In this document: one piece after another, positions 9,700-19,254 of the stretch
Layout of the letters: every line of letters starts with the position of its first letter
Numbering within the stretch: position 1 is the stretch's first letter
Assembly (NCBI GenBank): GCA_041651395.1
Contig: JBAZJI010000001.1
Span: 763,920 to 827,919 of the forward strand
DNA: 64,000 nucleotides
Reading direction: 5' to 3'
Origin: Minisyncoccota bacterium
Lineage (GTDB): Bacteria; Patescibacteriota; Minisyncoccia; Minisyncoccales; JAGOPM01
Made by a program: the position numbers and the translations under genes
Notes under the pieces: generated by a model
What the model was told of the DNA's origin: nothing
The model's input: only the letters and a program-made list of their open reading frames with translations
Databases searched by the model: none

Positions 9700-9865
9700 A
9701 TAAGAAAATTACCCTGAAAAGAAAAATAAAAATGCCCAAAGTGTTTTTTATTTTTCTCTGCTCCAGATACTATAAGACAAAAAGGTGCAAAAACCCTGTT
9801 TTTTGTATTGCATTCCAAAACATTTTATATATAATAAATTCATCAATTCCAAAAAAACTAAATAT

Positions 9866-10897
9866 ATGAGTAAGAAAGCAATTTTGAAAGAGACTATCAA
9901 CCATATTGATATTAAATCTTTCAACGCGATCCCGATCGTGGATCAATTCAACGACATGGCATTTTCTGCCAGAACGTTGGCCAGAGCGTCGTATATCTAC
10001 GACGACATGATTAAGGACAAAAAATGTTCTATTTTTTTATGCCTAGCCGGCTCTTTGATTAGCGCCGGGCTAAAAGCCGCTATTTATGATCTGCTAAAAA
10101 ATAATATGATCGACGCCATCATCTCTACCGGCGCCAATATTGTCGACCAGGATTTTTTTGAAGGTTTGGGTTATAGGCATTACAAAGGCGACATCTTTGC
10201 TAATGACGATGCTCTCATGAAACAAAATATTGATCGCATTTACGATACTTACATTGATGAGGACGAATTATTACACTGTGACGCCACGGTCGCCAAAATC
10301 GCCCAGGAACTTGAACCGCGCCCCTACTCTTCCCGCGAGTTTATTGCACAAATGGGCAAATATTTGAAGAAAAATAATTTGGGTAAAGATTCCATCGTTC
10401 GCTTAGCTTACGAAAAAAATGTCCCGATTTTTGTCCCGGCTTTTTCTGATTGCAGCGCCGGCTTGGGCCTGGCCAATTACCAGCACAAAATGGGAAGCAA
10501 GCCCAAAGTCACCATCGATTCCGTCCAAGACTTTTTGGAGCTTACAAAGATAAAAATTGCCGCTGGCGAGACTGGCCTTTTCATGCTCGCCGGAGGAGTG
10601 CCAAAAAATTTTGCCCAAGACACAACGGTAATGGCAGAAATTTTGACTGAAAAAGAGGCCAAGCTCCACAAGTACGCCGTACAGATAACCGTAGCTGATG
10701 AGCGCGACGGCGCGCTCTCCGGATCCACTTTGCGCGAAGCCCATTCCTGGGGCAAAGTCGGCGAGGAAAATGAACAGATGGTCTATGCCGAAGCGACTAT
10801 GGCCTTCCCTCTCATTGCCAGCTATGTTTACCACAAAAAAAATTGGAAAGACCGCGAACCTAAAAATTACGGCAAAATTTTCAATACAAAAAAATAA
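9866..10897 (+). CDS. deoxyhypusine synthase-like protein (DHS / homospermidine-synthase superfamily)
   Basis: The start was moved to MSKKAILK at 9866. STGANIVDQD motif, plus C-terminal GSTLREAHSWGK matching the DHS catalytic-Lys motif (E..SWGK). Confidence 0.85.
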   Translation: MSKKAILKETINHIDIKSFNAIPIVDQFNDMAFSARTLARASYIYDDMIKDKKCSIFLCLAGSLISAGLKAAIYDLLKNNMIDAIISTGANIVDQDFFEGLGYRHYKGDIFANDDALMKQNIDRIYDTYIDEDELLHCDATVAKIAQELEPRPYSSREFIAQMGKYLKKNNLGKDSIVRLAYEKNVPIFVPAFSDCSAGLGLANYQHKMGSKPKVTIDSVQDFLELTKIKIAAGETGLFMLAGGVPKNFAQDTTVMAEILTEKEAKLHKYAVQITVADERDGALSGSTLREAHSWGKVGEENEQMVYAEATMAFPLIASYVYHKKNWKDREPKNYGKIFNTKK

Positions 10898-10967
10898 ATT
10901 AAAACGCTCATGCCCAGTCCCGCGCTATAGGACTGGGCAAACGCATTTATAAAAAATTAACAAAAAA

Positions 10968-11567
10968 ATGGAAGACTCAATCATTAATAGTGTAAACACT
11001 GCGCCAGATATAGACCATGATCTCGTTCCTAAAAAAGTATTTTTTGTGAGCGGTTCTGGCGTGCACAAAGACCGCTTAGCCTCATTTGAGGCGGCTCTGC
11101 GCACTGCCGGCATTGAAAAATGCAATTTGGTTTATGTTTCCAGCATTTTTCCGCCTAATTGCAAAATCGTTTCCAAGAATGAAGGATTAAAGCATCTGAA
11201 TGCCGGCCAAATCACTTTCTGCGTAATGGCCAGAAATGATACAAACGAGCCGAACAGGCTGATTTCTTCTGCTATCGGCTTGGCCGTGCCTAGCGATTCC
11301 AGTAATTATGGCTATCTCTCCGAGCACCATGCCTTTGGAGAAAAGGCTGAAATTGCCGGAGAATATGCCGAAGACCTGGCCGCCACCATGCTAGCCACCA
11401 CCTTGGGCGTGGACTTTGATATCAATTCCGCCTGGGATGAGCGCAAAGAGATATTTACATCAAGCGGCCACATATTTAAAACTACACACACCGTGCAGTC
11501 TGCCGAAGGAAATAAGGACGGGCTTTGGACAACCACTATTGCCGCTGCTGTATTTTTGTTCGATTAA
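10968..11567 (+). CDS. pdaD: pyruvoyl-dependent arginine decarboxylase (archaeal PvlArgDC type)
   Basis: 199 aa. [11 protein letters not shown] contains the Ser-Ser self-cleavage site typical of PvlArgDC. Confidence 0.85.
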   Translation: MEDSIINSVNTAPDIDHDLVPKKVFFVSGSGVHKDRLASFEAALRTAGIEKCNLVYVSSIFPPNCKIVSKNEGLKHLNAGQITFCVMARNDTNEPNRLISSAIGLAVPSDSSNYGYLSEHHAFGEKAEIAGEYAEDLAATMLATTLGVDFDINSAWDERKEIFTSSGHIFKTTHTVQSAEGNKDGLWTTTIAAAVFLFD

Positions 11568-11572
11568 ACATT

Positions 11573-12418
11573 ATGCCTAGCAATTTTGGCGGGTTAGAAA
11601 AAAAATATTGCCAATACCAAACCTCGCGCTTTGCTGTTTTGCCGGTTCCTTTTGACGCAACCAGCACTTGGATAAAAGGGGCAGATTTGGGACCCAAGGC
11701 TGCCATCGAAGCCTCGGGCAATATGGAACTTTACGATATAGCCACGAGTAGCGAGCCATACTTAAAAGGAATATTCACCGACAAACCAGTCAAAGCTAAA
11801 AAGACCCAAGATATGGTCGCTAAAGTGCAGAAGCAAATAGCTAAGTATTTAAGCGATGGAAAAATTCCGATAGTCTTAGGCGGAGAACATTCAGTTTCGG
11901 CTGGCGCAATATTTGCCGCCGCCGAAAAATATCCGAATTTGAGTATTTTGCACTTTGACGCACACTCGGATAGGCGCGATATTTATGAAGGCGACAAGTT
12001 TAATCATGCCTGCGTGATGGCCCGCGCTCAAGAAAAATGCCACAATATTGTTTCGGTGGGAATCAGAAGCCAAGCCATTGAAGAAAAAGGAAATTTAGCC
12101 AAGGATACGATATTTTTTGCCCACGAAATTTACCGTGAAACTGCCCTGCCAGAAAAAGTTTGCCAAGCCCTAAAAAATGAAAATATTTACCTCACAATCG
12201 ATTTAGATGTTTTTGATTCCGGCTTAGTGCCCTCCACGGGCACACCTGAGCCGGGCGGGCTTACTTGGTATCAGGTCATTGAAATAATTACTGAGGTTGC
12301 CAAACAAAAAAATATTATTGGCTTCGATGTAGTAGAGCTCTGTCCAAATAAAATTAACAAAGCCCCAGACTTCCTAGCTGCTAAGCTTATCTATTCGGTC
12401 ATGGCCAGAATAAAATAG
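11573..12418 (+). CDS. speB: agmatinase (ureohydrolase family)
   Basis: Mn-binding motifs GGEHS, HFDAHSD and TIDLDVFD. I used the start MPSNFGG at 11573, because the ORF-track start at 11525 overlaps the upstream gene. Confidence 0.85.
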   Translation: MPSNFGGLEKKYCQYQTSRFAVLPVPFDATSTWIKGADLGPKAAIEASGNMELYDIATSSEPYLKGIFTDKPVKAKKTQDMVAKVQKQIAKYLSDGKIPIVLGGEHSVSAGAIFAAAEKYPNLSILHFDAHSDRRDIYEGDKFNHACVMARAQEKCHNIVSVGIRSQAIEEKGNLAKDTIFFAHEIYRETALPEKVCQALKNENIYLTIDLDVFDSGLVPSTGTPEPGGLTWYQVIEIITEVAKQKNIIGFDVVELCPNKINKAPDFLAAKLIYSVMARIK

Positions 12419-12430
12419 AAATCCGACAAA

Positions 12431-12460
12431 AAAATACCCCCTGAAATGGGGGAATTTTTT
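12431..12460 (+). terminator. rho-independent terminator after speB
   Basis: CCCCC TGAAAT GGGGG stem-loop followed by a T7 tract. Confidence 0.7.
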
Positions 12461-12543
12461 TATAAATAAATAATATTGCGCCCAATAACCCTTTATGGTA
12501 TAACAACGCATCTTTAACAAATCCTATAAAGGAGGAATAACCA

Positions 12544-13554
12544 TTGAGTGACAAAGGACAAGAGGCGGTAAAGCTGCTTGAATCACTTGAAAACGATTTG
12601 GAATCCCGCAAGGAAAAAAGTTTTTTAGCGATTTTTGAGGACCAACGCTTCAAAGAGGCACGCAAAATCTGTCAACAGGAAAAAGAGGGCGTCTATCGGG
12701 AAATATTCAGACATCTCGAGGATAGAAAGCAATTCGCAACTGCCCTGCTGTTAGATTTGGCCATTGGCGTGGAGGAGGTGGAAGAGGCAGTTAAAGGCGC
12801 GATTATTACCAAAGATTCTCAAGTTCGTTATGATACGAGAAAATACGTTGCCGCCATCATTAATTACGGCTATAAAAAAGGATTTCTGGTTTTAGAAAAT
12901 CCCCAAGAGAAAACCCTAAAAATAATTGAGCTCATTGAGGCCGACCGGCACTGCCGCTACAGCTCCAACATCCAAACATATTTAGAAAATCCCATCGTAA
13001 TTAAATTGATTGACGAATGCGCCGGGACAGACAAACATGCGATCATGGAAGGACTGATGCTCCACATTAAAAACAAACTCTCTTGGGTCCCGCTGGTTAT
13101 TATCAACGAAATCGCAAGCAAATACTTCGAATTGGAACTGCCCAAAATCCCGGAAAATTGGCAAGGCCGACTCTCCAAAATCAACAACAAATATTTGGTT
13201 TGGGGGTTAGGCAACGGGCTCTACCCTATCGCGACGGAAAAAGAACGCTTTGATAAAGAAATGCTTGATTTGGAATCAGCTTTCTTGCACGTCTCGGGGA
13301 AAAAATTCTCCCAGTTAATCGGAGCGATGCGCACCCACTTCAAAAAACCCATTCTTGTTTGGCTGTGTCTAAATTACCTCGACAACAATCATTGCGGGGA
13401 GCTGGCCATAAAAGTCCTGGAATATTGCGTAGAGAGCCCGCCATGCGAAGACTCAGGAAAAACCGAAGCTGAGATCAATTATGCCAAAGATTCCTGGCTG
13501 CGCTGGGGCTTTGAGGAGGGCTACATCCTTCATAATAGTTGGCCGCAAAAATAA
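12544..13554 (+). CDS. hypothetical protein (no recognisable domain)
   Basis: 336-aa ORF with a TTG start 6 nt after a strong AAGGAGG Shine-Dalgarno. Helical, Glu/Lys-rich N-terminus. No motifs recognised. Confidence 0.5.
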   Translation: MSDKGQEAVKLLESLENDLESRKEKSFLAIFEDQRFKEARKICQQEKEGVYREIFRHLEDRKQFATALLLDLAIGVEEVEEAVKGAIITKDSQVRYDTRKYVAAIINYGYKKGFLVLENPQEKTLKIIELIEADRHCRYSSNIQTYLENPIVIKLIDECAGTDKHAIMEGLMLHIKNKLSWVPLVIINEIASKYFELELPKIPENWQGRLSKINNKYLVWGLGNGLYPIATEKERFDKEMLDLESAFLHVSGKKFSQLIGAMRTHFKKPILVWLCLNYLDNNHCGELAIKVLEYCVESPPCEDSGKTEAEINYAKDSWLRWGFEEGYILHNSWPQK

Positions 13555-13585
13555 AAAACATTTCCCCGCTACTGGCGGGGAATTT

Positions 13586-15787
13586 TTAATAATGGATTAT
13601 CTCGTCTTCGTCTTCGGAGCTATACTCCGATTTATCATAGCGCTGATCTTGGCCGATTTTTCTCCAATCACCGCCAAATACTCCAAAATCTCCCAATCTG
13701 TTTTTAGAGCTAAATTGCTGTTTATGCTTGGGGTTTTCTTTTGGCACAGATTCGCGCATTTGCCGAAAAGCAGAACTTTCACCCCGATAATGTGGCTTAT
13801 AGCCCTGACTTTCGCCCCAAGGATCGCCAGAAAGCATATTAACCTCCTCAACTGCGCTCTGGATCTCTTTAAGAAACCTAGAAGGCTTACTCGCTTGGTC
13901 GCCTTTGCGCTTCCAATCCATCATCGGATAAGTAATGTATAAATTCTCTTTACAGCGGGTAATGGCCACATAAAAAAGTCGTCTTTCTTCCTCCAGAAAA
14001 TTCAAATCGTCCACAGATTTGCCATGCGGGAAAGACCCTTCTTTTAAGCCGATAATAAAAACCGTATTCCACTCCAAACCCTTAGCCTGATGGATAGTAG
14101 AAAGCGTAATTGCTTGGCCCTTTTGCCCGTTTTCATAGACTTCCCCCTCGAATTCCTCCGACAAGGTCATGGCCGAGAGCATATCGGCAATACTGCCGTA
14201 ATCCAATGAAAGCTTAGAAAGTTCGTGCACATCTTCAATCCGCTCGGGAGCATCAGGAAAAGAAACCTTAAGATACTGTGCATAAAAATCATCCAACCAA
14301 CAGAAAATTAATTTAGAGATATAGTCAGATGCTTTTTCTTTTTGCGCCAAAGAGGCCCCTTTTATTATTTTTCCCAAAGTAGCCATTCCCTCCTTGGCCC
14401 GGCTAGGGGCCATCAAGATCAAATCCTTGAGCAGGGCTTCATCATTTAGCTCTTCACAACTATTAAGTGAATAAATTCTCAAAAAAATTTTGCCTGCAGC
14501 CGCCGGCCCAACTCCGTCAAAAAGCCGCAGCACTCTCTCCCAAGCAGTTTGGTCTTTATTATTAGTTAAAGCGCGCAAAAATGCCAAAGTGTCTTTGATG
14601 TGCTGCTGTTCAAAAAACTTCATACCTCCACGCATCAGATAAGCAATAGAATGTTTAGCTAAGGCCAACTCCAATTCACTGGCGCTGTGCCTCCCGCGGA
14701 AAAGCACGGCAATTTTATTCAAATCTTCTCCTTGTGAGCGCATCCTGGCCACGGTCGAGGCCACAAACTCCGCCTCTTTGGTGGCGCTTTCCAGCAAAAA
14801 AACTTTGGGTTTTCTGCCAATATTTTTGACTGCCCGTAAAGTTTTGCGGATTTGCCCATAATTATGGCGAATACTTTCGTTGGCCACATCTAAAATCTCC
14901 GGAATAGAACGGTAATTGGTTTCTATTTTATAGACTTTAGCGTCGGGATATTTTTTAGAAAAATTCAAAATATGCTCAATATCTGCCCCGCGGAAAGAAT
15001 AAATGCTCTGGGCGTCATCGCCTACAGCCATAATATTTTTATGAGCTTCAGCCATCAACTCTACCATCCCCTCTTGAATAACATTAGTATCCTGATATTC
15101 ATCCACCAGCACATATTGGAAACGTTCAGAAATTTTTTGGCGCACCTCGTGGCTGTCTTTCAAAATATTTTGCCAATTTATAAGTAAATCATCATAATCC
15201 ATTAAATTCTGCTCCTTCTTTTTTTCATTGTAACGGCCCAGAATTTGCGAAAGTTTGTCGATTTCGCCATCGGCGAGCTCCAAATAGGAAAATTGGGAAT
15301 CCACCACCTCCTTCATGGGTTTACGTGTGTTTTGTGCCAAGGATAAAACCTCCTGCACCATAACCGCTTTGGGAAAATTAGGATAAGCACTTTTGGTAAT
15401 CTGCATCTCCTCCATTACTCCAGCGATTAAAATCTTGCTATCGTCCTCATCCAGAATCCCAAAATCGTTTTTATAGCCGGCAAAAGTGGCATAGCGGCGT
15501 AAAAATAAATTGGCAATATGATGAAAGGTACCGCCCAAAAGCCCTTGCGGGCGGAAACCCAAAAGATTCTCCACGCGGGAAAGCATTTGGCTGGCCGCTT
15601 TTTTGGTAAAAGTCACAAGCAAAATATTTTCCGGGTTTACACCCCTTTCCAATAAATAAGCCACACGATAAACCAAGGTCCGCGTTTTACCGCTGCCCGG
15701 GCCAGATATTACGAGGCAGCGCCCGTCCCCTTCTAGGACGGCTTTAAGCTGTTCGCCATTAAGTTCTTTTTGATAATCAATTTTCAT
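13586..15787 (-). CDS. ATP-dependent DNA helicase, UvrD/PcrA/Rep family
   Basis: 733 aa with motif I GPGSGKTRT, motif II VDEYQDTN, and the TIHQAKGLEW and YVAITR motifs. It has an unusual acidic/basic C-terminal tail. Confidence 0.9.
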   Translation of the reverse strand: MKIDYQKELNGEQLKAVLEGDGRCLVISGPGSGKTRTLVYRVAYLLERGVNPENILLVTFTKKAASQMLSRVENLLGFRPQGLLGGTFHHIANLFLRRYATFAGYKNDFGILDEDDSKILIAGVMEEMQITKSAYPNFPKAVMVQEVLSLAQNTRKPMKEVVDSQFSYLELADGEIDKLSQILGRYNEKKKEQNLMDYDDLLINWQNILKDSHEVRQKISERFQYVLVDEYQDTNVIQEGMVELMAEAHKNIMAVGDDAQSIYSFRGADIEHILNFSKKYPDAKVYKIETNYRSIPEILDVANESIRHNYGQIRKTLRAVKNIGRKPKVFLLESATKEAEFVASTVARMRSQGEDLNKIAVLFRGRHSASELELALAKHSIAYLMRGGMKFFEQQHIKDTLAFLRALTNNKDQTAWERVLRLFDGVGPAAAGKIFLRIYSLNSCEELNDEALLKDLILMAPSRAKEGMATLGKIIKGASLAQKEKASDYISKLIFCWLDDFYAQYLKVSFPDAPERIEDVHELSKLSLDYGSIADMLSAMTLSEEFEGEVYENGQKGQAITLSTIHQAKGLEWNTVFIIGLKEGSFPHGKSVDDLNFLEEERRLFYVAITRCKENLYITYPMMDWKRKGDQASKPSRFLKEIQSAVEEVNMLSGDPWGESQGYKPHYRGESSAFRQMRESVPKENPKHKQQFSSKNRLGDFGVFGGDWRKIGQDQRYDKSEYSSEDEDEIIHY

Positions 15788-15891
15788 TGCGCAATTGCCT
15801 TATTATCTTACTTCACTGAAAAATTTTCGCAAACCCCGCGCCGGTATTTTCGGTGCGGGGAAAATTATCCAAACAAATTACCCTAAAATGA

Positions 15892-16518
15892 TTATTGCGG
15901 AGAGCAAAATTGCTCTTTACAATAATCTTGTTGCGCTCCAATGGGCATCGTGTTGCACGAACTGCACATTTTCTGCGCCGCGTCACTAGCAGCTTCTTGG
16001 GCCTCTTGCATTATTCCGGTCATGTCCTGAAAAGTTATCTCGGCGGGCAAATCAAACTCATGCGAATCAACCACCCAAGGACGACATTTATAAGACAATT
16101 TTTTTGATTCGTCTTCTTGTACAGCCTCAGTTGGCGTAGGCTTGAAATAGTCCTGTGGGCTTATGGCAAGTTTTGTGCCTTCTTTTTGGTTACTCTGCCA
16201 GCCATAAAGCGTATTCCCATCATATAAAGTCAACAACTGATTCTTCTCGCTGTCGGGCATGAGCATCACTACTTTTATTTTTTGACCGTAAGCATACATG
16301 GTTATCTTTTGCCCGTCGGAAGTATTAGCCTCACACTTAAAATTTTTCCCCAAATTAAAAATTTCCTCCATCTTCCCAGTCACTTCCTCGCTGAAGGCCA
16401 TTTGTTCCGGGCTAATCACCGCAACTCGCTTTTGACGCAAAACAAAAAAGGCTCCGATACCAACAACTAAAAACATTATGGCAATAACCGAAAAAACCAC
16501 TTTTTTATTCATATTCAA
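15892..16518 (-). CDS. membrane-anchored or secreted hypothetical protein
   Basis: 208 aa with an N-terminal TM and Cys pairs near the C-terminus. ATGA overlap with the upstream HD gene. Confidence 0.5.
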   Translation of the reverse strand: MNMNKKVVFSVIAIMFLVVGIGAFFVLRQKRVAVISPEQMAFSEEVTGKMEEIFNLGKNFKCEANTSDGQKITMYAYGQKIKVVMLMPDSEKNQLLTLYDGNTLYGWQSNQKEGTKLAISPQDYFKPTPTEAVQEDESKKLSYKCRPWVVDSHEFDLPAEITFQDMTGIMQEAQEAASDAAQKMCSSCNTMPIGAQQDYCKEQFCSPQ

Positions 16519-17186
16519 CGTTTGTTTTGCTTTACTTCGCGCTCCAGCTGTAAAATATAATTTTTCATATAGGCGGCCAAGGGCTTGGAGGCTTTTTTCC
16601 CGAATTTCGTTTTGAAATTTTTCAAATAACTTATTTGGAAATTGAGCTCATCGACTATATATTGGCCAACGCCCTCCCCGCGATCGAACCGTAAATCAAA
16701 ATCCCTATTTGATAGCCCCCATGTTTCCCCCTTAATGTTAATTGGATCGAAAAGTGTTTTTTTGTGAGCGGTAAAAATAAAATTCCTTGCCAAACCAATA
16801 GCGCCCAAGGAATCCAGCATATCGGCATCACGGATAATGTCCAAAAGCCGGCCGCGCCCTTCTCGATTTTTATTATGGTAACGAATCGCATTGCAAATAT
16901 CCAGAATTTCCTCTCCGGTCCATGATTGGCTTTTTTCCAAAAAGGCCTGCGCGAATTTAGCCCCCTCTTCCCCATGGTTGCGCCAAGAAACGCTATTACG
17001 GGCTACGTCATGCAAGAGAGCGGCCGCTTCCACTGTTTCTAAATTTGGATATTTTTCCGACCGGGCGATTTTGAGTGCCCAATCGCGCACTCGATCGACA
17101 TGCCCAAATCCATGAACGATATCTTCAACGATGTGGTTTCGCACATATTCCTCAATGGCAGAAATTCTCGCACTCTTAAACTTCAT
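16515..17186 (-). CDS. HD-domain metal-dependent phosphohydrolase
   Basis: HGFGHVDRV ... LLHDV ... motifs (H..HD). Confidence 0.8.
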   Translation of the reverse strand: MKFKSARISAIEEYVRNHIVEDIVHGFGHVDRVRDWALKIARSEKYPNLETVEAAALLHDVARNSVSWRNHGEEGAKFAQAFLEKSQSWTGEEILDICNAIRYHNKNREGRGRLLDIIRDADMLDSLGAIGLARNFIFTAHKKTLFDPINIKGETWGLSNRDFDLRFDRGEGVGQYIVDELNFQISYLKNFKTKFGKKASKPLAAYMKNYILQLEREVKQNKR

Positions 17187-18033
17187 AAATTTCCCGCATC
17201 AATTTATTGACAAAATCCATGCCGCCATCACCCGTAAGAATAACATCAAAATTATTCTTAAACTCCTCCAGATTATCTTTCTCTTGGGCATCCGGAGATA
17301 AAAACCCGACTTTAATCAAAGCCTCAAAGGGAAACCCTTCCACCATGCCGATATCGGAAACATTATCACCCAGCAATAAAACATTGCCCCGATCCTCAAT
17401 TTTGTGGAAAATTTCCGGAAAAGATTTAATTGTAATTTCACTCTTGTTTGTAGAGTGGATTAGGGGCTCTTTAATTTTAACTACCTTGCCTTTTTCATTG
17501 AATTCAAAAACATTGGCAATGATACTAATATTGGAAAAAAACAGATGATTCTTCTCAAATATCATTTTAAGAGCATCACCAGGCCCAGCCGACATTATTA
17601 CCAGAGGTACGCCCTGCTTTTCCAATGATTCTAAAAATTCACTAGCCCCCTCTCGGAAGCGGGATAAATTTTCCGAAACCATTTTGTCCATAGTGTTATA
17701 ATCCAAACCACACTCTACGAGCAATTCAAAATGAACCCTCCACCATTCAGACATTTTGGCGGACTTTTCTTCCGGGGAAATTAAGGGATCAATTTCAATA
17801 GGTCGATATTTTTCGTAAAGAGCGGTGGCTCGAGCCACATAATCAGGGGTCAAATATTTGCCACTGCGCAACCCTCCGATAATCGAGGGGGCCTTCTTCC
17901 CGTCAACATAGGCGTAAGTAAGGGTTCGGTCAAAATCAGAAAGCACATGCAAACAAGAAATTCCGCCTTGGCGAAAAGCGGTTTTTTTGCGTTCAAAAGA
18001 GGCCTTATTGGGTATAATTATTTCTTGTTCCAT
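17176..18033 (-). CDS. HAD-superfamily 5'-nucleotidase, UMPH-1 / cytosolic 5'-nucleotidase III-like
   Basis: 285 aa. Motif I is DFDRTLT. The overall layout matches pyrimidine 5'-nucleotidase (PF05822-like). Late motif LLLGDNVSD. Confidence 0.7.
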   Translation of the reverse strand: MEQEIIIPNKASFERKKTAFRQGGISCLHVLSDFDRTLTYAYVDGKKAPSIIGGLRSGKYLTPDYVARATALYEKYRPIEIDPLISPEEKSAKMSEWWRVHFELLVECGLDYNTMDKMVSENLSRFREGASEFLESLEKQGVPLVIMSAGPGDALKMIFEKNHLFFSNISIIANVFEFNEKGKVVKIKEPLIHSTNKSEITIKSFPEIFHKIEDRGNVLLLGDNVSDIGMVEGFPFEALIKVGFLSPDAQEKDNLEEFKNNFDVILTGDGGMDFVNKLMREIYEV

Positions 18034-18049
18034 GTTTTTGTAACCAAGC

Positions 18050-18280
18050 TTAAAGTTCCTTCATTATTGCCTTAAAAAACTGAATAAAGGTGTAAATAAG
18101 GTACAAAAACAGGAAAATCACACTACCAAAGGATATGGATATTAAAATCGGATAATCCTGATTTAATAAGCCGTTGGCCGCGCTATAGGCTATTTGGCAA
18201 ACCAAAAAAAGGGACGAACAAAAAATCCCAACCGCCATTTTCTTCCATGATTTTTCTTTGACAAATGTCCCAATTGGCAT
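18050..18280 (-). CDS. small membrane protein (2 TM)
   Basis: 76-aa hydrophobic ORF with no similarity recognised. Confidence 0.4.
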   Translation of the reverse strand: MPIGTFVKEKSWKKMAVGIFCSSLFLVCQIAYSAANGLLNQDYPILISISFGSVIFLFLYLIYTFIQFFKAIMKEL

Positions 18281-18384
18281 AGCCTCTACTGGGCCTATTA
18301 TAGAACAAAAATAGCCCTCTTTCTATGTTGACTTTTCCACAGATATCTTGTATAAATTAATATCTTAACAACTGGAGGACTTAC

Positions 18385-18777
18385 TTGAATAAAAAAGAGA
18401 CCATTGAAAAAATCTTAAATGAAAAGGGCTTTAGTGTTGCCAATCCGATTATCAGCACCCTAGGAGGGCTGGCATTCTTATCGGCTGTACTCGGAGATAA
18501 AGAAACGGCTAAAAAAATCGATGAGGTTGATGATAAAGTTCACGCTAAGCTCAAAGAAAATGTTTTAACCACAATAGATGAGGTATTCAGTGAAAAAGAA
18601 CTCCAAGAATACTACAGCCTTATCTCTAACCCCCGCCTGAAACAATTAGAAAAAAAATTCAACCAGACTATCTTAAAGGCCGAAGGCGCAGGTCGGGAAA
18701 TAGTTGGAGCTGGTATGGAAGAGCTCGAAAAATTCCTGAAGCCAAAAATGAACACCGATCAATCAAAACCAAATTAA
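18385..18777 (+). CDS. hypothetical protein
   Basis: 130 aa with a TTG start after a GGAGG Shine-Dalgarno. Lys/Glu-rich and helical. Confidence 0.45.
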   Translation: MNKKETIEKILNEKGFSVANPIISTLGGLAFLSAVLGDKETAKKIDEVDDKVHAKLKENVLTTIDEVFSEKELQEYYSLISNPRLKQLEKKFNQTILKAEGAGREIVGAGMEELEKFLKPKMNTDQSKPN

Positions 18778-18799
18778 AGCCCTCTAGGGGGGGCTTCTT

Positions 18800-19252
18800 T
18801 TAATTTAACTTTTTGACAAATTCCTTGGCGTTTTGAAAATCGCCTTCATTGGGTCGCCCTTGATTAAGGCCACCAATAAGCTTAAATGGACCAAATTCAT
18901 CGAAAGCTTTACAAGACCATTCCCCCACCACTTTGTAACCGACATCCTGCAAAAGTTCTCGCAGCTTTTTATGGTGATACTGATCCATTTTTGGCCCAGC
19001 CCCAGAGGTAGAAAAAATAAAAGCCTGCTTTCCCTCTGCCGGCAAAAGCTTGCCGCCAAGATCCAAAATCGTACGATGATGCGAACCAAAATAAATCCCC
19101 GAGCCAAAACCAACTAAGTCGCACTCCGAAATTGCCAAAGGGTCGGCATCTTGCGGCTTAACGACTGGGCAATTTAGCACCGCCGCCATAGCTTGGGCGA
19201 TGCGCCAAGTATTCTTTTTGTGGATACTTTGGCAAATAATAATTGCCTTCAT
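18800..19252 (-). CDS. flavodoxin-like fold protein
   Basis: 150 aa. The MKAIIICQSIHKKNT...VGFGSGIYFG pattern is typical of short flavodoxin-domain proteins. Confidence 0.6.
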   Translation of the reverse strand: MKAIIICQSIHKKNTWRIAQAMAAVLNCPVVKPQDADPLAISECDLVGFGSGIYFGSHHRTILDLGGKLLPAEGKQAFIFSTSGAGPKMDQYHHKKLRELLQDVGYKVVGEWSCKAFDEFGPFKLIGGLNQGRPNEGDFQNAKEFVKKLN

Positions 19253-19254
19253 AA

